NCBI GenBank assembly: GCA_937927875.1
Contig: CALEYV010000034.1
Coordinates: 1-56,482, forward strand
Source: an uncultured Actinomycetes bacterium
GTDB lineage: Bacteria; Actinomycetota; Acidimicrobiia; IMCC26256; PALSA-555
DNA: 56,482 nucleotides
Direction: 5' to 3'
The notes beneath the pieces were generated by a model. It was not told the DNA's origin, searched no databases, and was given only the letters and a program-made list of their open reading frames with translations. The translations under genes and the position numbers were made by a program. Shown here in pieces: positions 51,770 to 56,482 of the stretch (its first letter is position 1; each line of letters opens with the position of its first letter).

Positions 51770-53355
51770 ATCGCCTCGATGCCGGCCCGTCCCGCTTCGA
51801 CCACGACGAGGCAGGCGACGTCGGTCGCCGGCGTGCGGGCCACGACGTGCCAGAGCGCCCGTCGCCGACGACAGACCCGGTCCCACCAGCGGACGTCCTG
51901 AGGCCAGGGGCCGGCCCAGGCCACCACCTCGGCGTCGCCGAACGCGTCGCTGACGAGCCGGGCCGGTGCGGCGGAAGCCTCACCCCGACCGGAGACCGTG
52001 ACCGGCTCGCCGTCGGCCGCGAGCAGGGACACGGCCAGCCGCGACTCGTAGACGCGCGCCGCGGGCGGGCCCGGTACCGCGCCGGGCCAGGTCGGGATCT
52101 CGGGTCCGACGGTGTCGTCGCGGGGCTCCCCCCACGGCACCCAGCGGACCCGCTCGCTCGGGATGCGGCCACCGCAGGGCGCGGCGGTGACGACCGAGCC
52201 CGGCCCGGTCAGGGTCTGGAGCCGGACCAGGGCCCGGTCGGCTCGGTCGCCGGCCGCGGCGTCACCGCCCCAGAAGCCGAGCTGGCGCCCGGTGGCCGGC
52301 ACGACCTGGTCGGGCCGGAGCCGCACGAGCGTGATCCCGGCCGTGGCGTCGTCCTCCTCGCCGGTGCCCTGGCCGCTCGTCAGCCACCCGTCGAGCTGCC
52401 AGCGCACTCGGGTCGCGAGGGTGGCGGGCGTGAGCGACTGCTCGTGGCGCCAGCGACGGGCGAGGCGCTCACCGTGCTCGGTCTCGGCCTCGACGACGAC
52501 CTGGGTGCAGGTGAGGCCGAGAGCCGCGAGCTGGTCGAAGAGCCGGTCGGCGAGGCCCTTGGCCGCGAAGGCGGCCTCGTCGACTCGGGTCGCGGGCGGG
52601 TCGAGCTCGCAGGTCTCGACGAGCTCCGGCGGCACCGGGGTCGGGCGCGCCGGGTGCTCGTCGATGCCGCGCGCCTGGCGGTGGGCGCGGGCGCCCGCGG
52701 CTCCGAACCGGGCGAGCACCGCCGCACTCGGCAGGGCCGCGAAGGCGCCGAGGCGCGGCAGCCCGAGCCGGGCCAGGAGCTCGGGCAGGTCGTCGGCGTC
52801 GAGGACGTCGACCGGCCACTCGGCGAGGAAGTCGGGCGTCGCGCCGGGCGGGACGACGTGCGCGCCACCGGGCGCGGCCCGACGGGCCGCCAGCCGGGCC
52901 GCGAACGACCCGTCGGCGATGCCGACCCCGGCCTCGGCGAGGTCGACCTCGGCCAGCGCGGCGTGGACGCGGCGGCCCAGTCCCTCGTCGCCGCCGAAGA
53001 AGCGGGCGGGACCGCGGGTGGGGAACGTCAGCACCCCGGGTCGCTCGAGCACGAGTCCGGGGGTGACGGCCTCGACGGCGCGGGCGACCGCCTCGAAGGC
53101 GCGCGCCTCGGCAGCGGGGTCGGCGTCGAGCACGACGAGGCCGGGACAGCACGCCTCGGCCTCCCGTCGGCGCAGGCCGCGCCGGATCCCCTCGTGGCGC
53201 GCGTCGCTCGACGCGGCCCGGACCACCAGTCCGTGGACGCCGCGCTCGACGACCGCGACCGGCTGGCCGGCGAGCGCCGGGTCGCCCCGGCGGGCCACCG
53301 TGACGGGCCAGTCGGGGCACCAGACGCAGAGGGTGCGGTCAGCCGGCGAGGACAC
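51760..53355 (-). CDS. imuB: ImuB, Y-family DNA polymerase-like mutasome subunit
   Basis: GTG 53355 gives (M)SSPADRTLCVWCPDWPVTVARR..., the typical ImuB N-terminus. 531 aa. Overlaps the imuA' stop by 17 nt. The upstream part of track ORF 51760..53562 lies inside imuA'. Confidence 0.8.
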   Translation of the reverse strand: MSSPADRTLCVWCPDWPVTVARRGDPALAGQPVAVVERGVHGLVVRAASSDARHEGIRRGLRRREAEACCPGLVVLDADPAAEARAFEAVARAVEAVTPGLVLERPGVLTFPTRGPARFFGGDEGLGRRVHAALAEVDLAEAGVGIADGSFAARLAARRAAPGGAHVVPPGATPDFLAEWPVDVLDADDLPELLARLGLPRLGAFAALPSAAVLARFGAAGARAHRQARGIDEHPARPTPVPPELVETCELDPPATRVDEAAFAAKGLADRLFDQLAALGLTCTQVVVEAETEHGERLARRWRHEQSLTPATLATRVRWQLDGWLTSGQGTGEEDDATAGITLVRLRPDQVVPATGRQLGFWGGDAAAGDRADRALVRLQTLTGPGSVVTAAPCGGRIPSERVRWVPWGEPRDDTVGPEIPTWPGAVPGPPAARVYESRLAVSLLAADGEPVTVSGRGEASAAPARLVSDAFGDAEVVAWAGPWPQDVRWWDRVCRRRRALWHVVARTPATDVACLVVVEAGRAGIEAIYD

Positions 53356-53986
53356 CGACCTGTTCGCGCGTGCCGGCGACGACGCGCACCCGCGGTGTCC
53401 GCGCCGTGAGGAGACCGCAGCCGGCGTCGAGGCCGGGCCACGGGCCGCCCTCGACGTGCACCCGCGTCGTCGCGGTCGCGGGCCACGGGGTCCGGGGACC
53501 GGCGAGGGGGACGAGCACGGTCTGGCGCTCGCGGGCCCGGGCGACGAGCCGATGGGCGTCACCGGCGCGGGCGTGGCGCGGCACCTCGGCCACCACCACG
53601 CTCATGCCGTCGAGCAGGACGGCGACCGCCGTGGCCCAGCGGTCGGGGGGAACCCGCCGGGCCACGGCGAACCGCTCGAGGGCGACCCCGGCCGCGGCGC
53701 CGGCCTCGCCGCCCAGGGTGCCCTCGAAATCGAGGACCGCTGCCCACTCGCCGGCCGCGGTCGCGGCCGCGCACAGCGACAGGGCCGCCGACGTGGCCCC
53801 GGCCCCGGGTGCACCCTCCACCACGACGACCGAGCCCCGCACCAGCTCGGGGAGCAGCGGTCGGAGGGGGCCAGGGACGGTCAGGGTCCGCGCTCGAGCC
53901 AGCACCAGGGGTCGCGTCCGGTCGTGGACCTCGACCAGCCGGGCCCGGGCCTCGGGATCCCGGGACGGGAGGGTGGCGAGCGCCAT
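53339..53986 (-). CDS. imuA: ImuA' (RecA-fold, SulA-like) mutasome accessory protein
   Basis: 215 aa. Degenerate P-loop VVVVEGAPGAGATSAALSL. Sits directly upstream of imuB and directly downstream of a perfect SOS box. Confidence 0.7.
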   Translation of the reverse strand: MALATLPSRDPEARARLVEVHDRTRPLVLARARTLTVPGPLRPLLPELVRGSVVVVEGAPGAGATSAALSLCAAATAAGEWAAVLDFEGTLGGEAGAAAGVALERFAVARRVPPDRWATAVAVLLDGMSVVVAEVPRHARAGDAHRLVARARERQTVLVPLAGPRTPWPATATTRVHVEGGPWPGLDAGCGLLTARTPRVRVVAGTREQVGVLAG

Positions 53987-53997
53987 CCCCCCGGTCT

Positions 53998-54015
53998 AGC
54001 GAACATATGTTCGCT
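53998..54015. promoter_or_regulatory. LexA-type SOS box, perfect 18-bp palindrome AGCGAACATATGTTCGCT
   Basis: Core CGAAC-ATAT-GTTCG. Lies 12-29 nt upstream of the imuA' ATG (53986). On the coding strand a TTGCGT hexamer precedes it and a TATGTT (TAnnnT) hexamer lies inside it. Confidence 0.8.
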
Positions 54016-54026
54016 ACGCAAGCGCG

Positions 54027-54833
54027 TCAGGTGACGGCGGTGATCACGACGAGCGAGCGGACGAGCGGGGCCGGTGAGGGCCCGAGACGAGCCTGAGCGT
54101 CGGCGGCCAGCGCGGCGCGAGCGGCCGGCGCCAGGGTGTCGACGAACGGCGCCAGCTGTGCCATGCCGAGCCGCCACTCGACCAGGTCGGCCGCCGTCAG
54201 CTCAGGGAACGGGACCCGCAACGCCGCGACGTCGGCCTCCGCCAGGCCGGCCGCGACCGCGGCCTCGGTCGCGCGCTCGACCGTGGCGAGCCGCGGCACC
54301 GCATCCTCCCGCATCGACCGGTACCACGGCGGGCTCTGCCAGCCCCGCTCGGCGGCCGCCGCCTCCACCGCCGGCTTCACCGGGTGGGTGTCGTCCTCGG
54401 CGTAGGCCGACGCCACGAGCCCGCCGCCGGGCCGCAGCACCCGCGCCGCCTCGCGCAGCCCGGCCGCGGGGTCCGTGACGTGGTTGAGCGAGAAGAAGGC
54501 GACCACGACGTCGAAGCGGCCGGCGTCGAACGGGAGGAAGCGGGCGTCGGCCACCGCGGCCGGCGGCCGAGCGTCGGCGTCGAAGCGGAGCATCCCCCAC
54601 GCCGCGTCGGCGGCGACGACGCCGGCCGCGCCCGCCGCGAGGACGGCGCGCGACCCGGCGCCGGTCCCTGCCCCCACGTCCAGCACCGACGCGTCCCGGA
54701 CGGGGACCGGGCAGCCTCGCACGAGCGTCTCCGCCAGCCGGTCGTAGACCCGCCCCGGTCCGCGCTGCCAGGAGCCGCCGGTGCTCGAGTAGGCGTCGGC
54801 CACCGACGCCGACCTGGGATCGACGGTGCTCAC
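54027..54833 (-). CDS. Class I SAM-dependent methyltransferase
   Basis: GTG 54833 overlaps the upstream stop (GTGA), inside track ORF 54027..55973. VLDVGAGTGAGS (motif I), FDVVVAFFSLNHV, LRPGGGLV. Confidence 0.75.
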   Translation of the reverse strand: MSTVDPRSASVADAYSSTGGSWQRGPGRVYDRLAETLVRGCPVPVRDASVLDVGAGTGAGSRAVLAAGAAGVVAADAAWGMLRFDADARPPAAVADARFLPFDAGRFDVVVAFFSLNHVTDPAAGLREAARVLRPGGGLVASAYAEDDTHPVKPAVEAAAAERGWQSPPWYRSMREDAVPRLATVERATEAAVAAGLAEADVAALRVPFPELTAADLVEWRLGMAQLAPFVDTLAPAARAALAADAQARLGPSPAPLVRSLVVITAVT

Positions 54834-55825
54834 AGCCAGCCGGCGCCGGCGAGCGCGGCGTCGCACCACCACACCAGCTCCTCGTCCTCGCCGATCGCCT
54901 TCTCCCAGCCGAACTGGACGAGCGCGCCGAGGAGACAGAGGCCGAGCTGGCGGTCCCACCAGTCGTCGAGCTCGACGCCGTGACGCTCGAGCGCGGTACG
55001 GAAGTCGGCGATCACCCGCTCCTTGGTGTGGCCGACGGGCAGCCGGGCGCGGTTCAGCGACAGGTACCAGGCCAGCTCGTGGCACACCGGGCCCTCGCCC
55101 GGGAAGGTGCAGTCGAGCAGCACGACGCGGCCGTCGGGGTGCGTCCCGAGGTTGCCGAGCTTCCAGTCGCCGTGGAGGAAGCAGGTCGGCGTCGTGCCCA
55201 GTGCGTCGATGAGTGGCCACGGCTCTCGACGCAGGCCCAGCACCAGGTCGCGTGCCGCAGCCGGTGCCCGCTCGCCGAAGCGAGCCCAGCCGTCGGCGGC
55301 GATCCGCGGCACCGGGCTCGGCCAGCCGCGCGCTCGCTCCACGTCGAGCCAACAGTCCGAGAAGATCAGCCAGCGGCTTCCGTACGGCACGAGCCCGATG
55401 GCGTCCCGCCAGCCCCACGTCCGAGCCGAGAGCGCCGCCATCGCGTCGAGGAAGCCGAGGTGCTGCGGCTCCGGGAGGGCCGCGTCGCCCTCCGGCACGA
55501 GACTCGCCGACACGTCGTGCATGACGAGCGCCGCGCCCCAGTCGTTCCGGCCCCATGGCGCGGCGGCGACGACGGTGTGGTCGATGCGGTCCGGGACGAC
55601 GTCGAGGAGGCCGTGGTCGAAGGCGAGGCGGGGACGGGCGCGCAGGTCTCCGAGGCCCCGCATCGCCCAGTCGTCGTCGACGTGCACCCACTTCACGACG
55701 TAGCGGTCGCCGTCGACGACGAGCTGCTCGAGGCTCGACCCCGTCTTGCCGTCCGCGGCCACGAGCGGCACCCGCTCGGTGGCCCGGGCCAGCAGCTCGT
55801 CGACGCTCGTCGCCTGGCGGGCCAC
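54830..55825 (-). CDS. APH/choline-kinase-like phosphotransferase family protein
   Basis: GTG preceded by GAGGAGG. FLHGDWKLGNLG (HGDxxxxN) followed by VVLLDCTFP. Confidence 0.75.
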   Translation of the reverse strand: MARQATSVDELLARATERVPLVAADGKTGSSLEQLVVDGDRYVVKWVHVDDDWAMRGLGDLRARPRLAFDHGLLDVVPDRIDHTVVAAAPWGRNDWGAALVMHDVSASLVPEGDAALPEPQHLGFLDAMAALSARTWGWRDAIGLVPYGSRWLIFSDCWLDVERARGWPSPVPRIAADGWARFGERAPAAARDLVLGLRREPWPLIDALGTTPTCFLHGDWKLGNLGTHPDGRVVLLDCTFPGEGPVCHELAWYLSLNRARLPVGHTKERVIADFRTALERHGVELDDWWDRQLGLCLLGALVQFGWEKAIGEDEELVWWCDAALAGAGWL

Positions 55826-55876
55826 CCGGACCTCCTCGAGTCGTCGAGCCGTTCGATTGTGCCTGGCCGGTCGCGC

Positions 55877-56482
55877 TCAGCGCGCCGGGGCCGCCCGCCG
55901 GGCCCGCAGGAGCAGGAAGCACGGGATCCGGTGCCAGCCCTCGGTGCTGGTCGCGTCGCCGGGATCCAGCCACCGCGGCTCCCGGACCGCCTCGATGACG
56001 AAGCCGGCCGCCTCGAGCGCCCGGCTGTACCGCTCGATCGAGTGGTGCGCGGAGTGGAACGTCATCTCGAAGCCGGACCGCTCGACGTGGTCGGCATACC
56101 GGAACGAGTCGAAGTACGAGCCGGTGATCACGAACGGGGCGTCGGGGCCAGGCGCCGCGAACCGACCCGCCGAATTCATCGGGTGCACGACCGCCAGGAC
56201 GAGGCGGCCGCCGGGACGAAGCGCCCGCGCCGCCTCGCCGACCGCGCCGTCGAGGTCGTCGACGTCCTGCAACGACATGCAGGCGACGGCCAGGTCGGCG
56301 CTCCCGGCTCGCAGCGGCAGCCCGGCGAGGTCGGCGACGATCGACTCGACCGGCTGCTCGTGCGTGGCTGCGAGCCGGGTCAGCGTCGGCGAGCTGTCGA
56401 TCCCGAGCACCCGGTGGCCCGCGGCGGCCAGCGCGCGGCCCATCCGGCCCTCCCCCGCCCCCAGGTCGAGGGTCCGCTCCCC
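55877..56482 (-). CDS. Class I SAM-dependent methyltransferase (N-terminus outside window)
   Basis: The track ORF starts at M 56443, but the frame stays open to the window end and reads GERTLDLGAGEGRMGRALAAAGHRVLGIDSS (motif I), so the true start lies beyond 56482. LRPGGRLVLAVVHP. Confidence 0.75.
   Translation of the reverse strand, partial: GERTLDLGAGEGRMGRALAAAGHRVLGIDSSPTLTRLAATHEQPVESIVADLAGLPLRAGSADLAVACMSLQDVDDLDGAVGEAARALRPGGRLVLAVVHPMNSAGRFAAPGPDAPFVITGSYFDSFRYADHVERSGFEMTFHSAHHSIERYSRALEAAGFVIEAVREPRWLDPGDATSTEGWHRIPCFLLLRARRAAPAR

Noticed and set aside
1-56482. Mobile elements, prophage, tRNA/rRNA genes
   Set aside because: No transposase, integrase or recombinase-like translation appears in any frame of the ORF track. 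I noticed no terminal inverted repeats and no tRNA-like or rRNA-like low-GC structured segments when reading the intergenic regions. A tRNAscan/Infernal run would be definitive.

Overview
Very GC-rich chromosomal segment (GC not computed) that looks actinobacterial. Evidence for that: mycothiol amidase Mca, several F420/LLM-type oxidoreductases, an imuA'-imuB/dnaE2 mutasome with GAAC-N4-GTTC SOS boxes, many GTG/TTG starts, and 4-nt start/stop overlaps. I support about 55 protein genes, tightly packed on both strands, with three short convergent overlaps. I recognised no rRNA, tRNA, CRISPR array, transposase, integrase or phage genes.

Layout:
- 1-13.9 kb: acyl-CoA/lipid and redox genes. These are a CaiB/Mcr-like CoA-transferase, an APH-family kinase, xthA, etfBA, a geranylgeranyl-reductase-like flavoprotein, an MDR dehydrogenase, an acyl-CoA dehydrogenase and a LimB-like LLM monooxygenase.
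- 14-15.7 kb: a ClC channel with CBS domains.
- 15.9-23.7 kb: a MarR-flanked CoA-thioester module. It has two family-III CoA-transferases, a cysteine-free HMGCS-like/OB-fold fusion coupled to an SCP-x-type thiolase, a cupin, one F420-type LLM and a second LLM that is frameshifted.
- 23.9-27.1 kb: a ~1066-aa surface protein that fuses a Thr-rich tract, Ig-like repeats and a Pro-rich stalk to a polytopic membrane domain.
- 27.3-34.2 kb: another LLM, a Cas4-like PD-(D/E)XK nuclease, a PAP2 phosphatase, a DsbA-like protein and an OpuC-type osmoprotectant ABC transporter.
- 34.3-47 kb: housekeeping and accessory genes. These are Qor, a lipoprotein, a thiolase, a ChbG-like deacetylase, SCP2, mca, an S33 peptidase, an adenylate cyclase, an acyl-CoA dehydrogenase, a VIT-family protein and a P-type ATPase.
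- 47-54 kb: the SOS mutasome, with dnaE2 separated from imuA'-imuB by two opposite-strand genes. Each unit has its own LexA-type box.
- 54-56.5 kb: a methyltransferase-kinase-methyltransferase row.

Most of the long track ORFs that run antisense or out of frame to these genes are Arg/Pro/Gly-rich GC artefacts. All functional calls come from motif reading by eye, with no database search.
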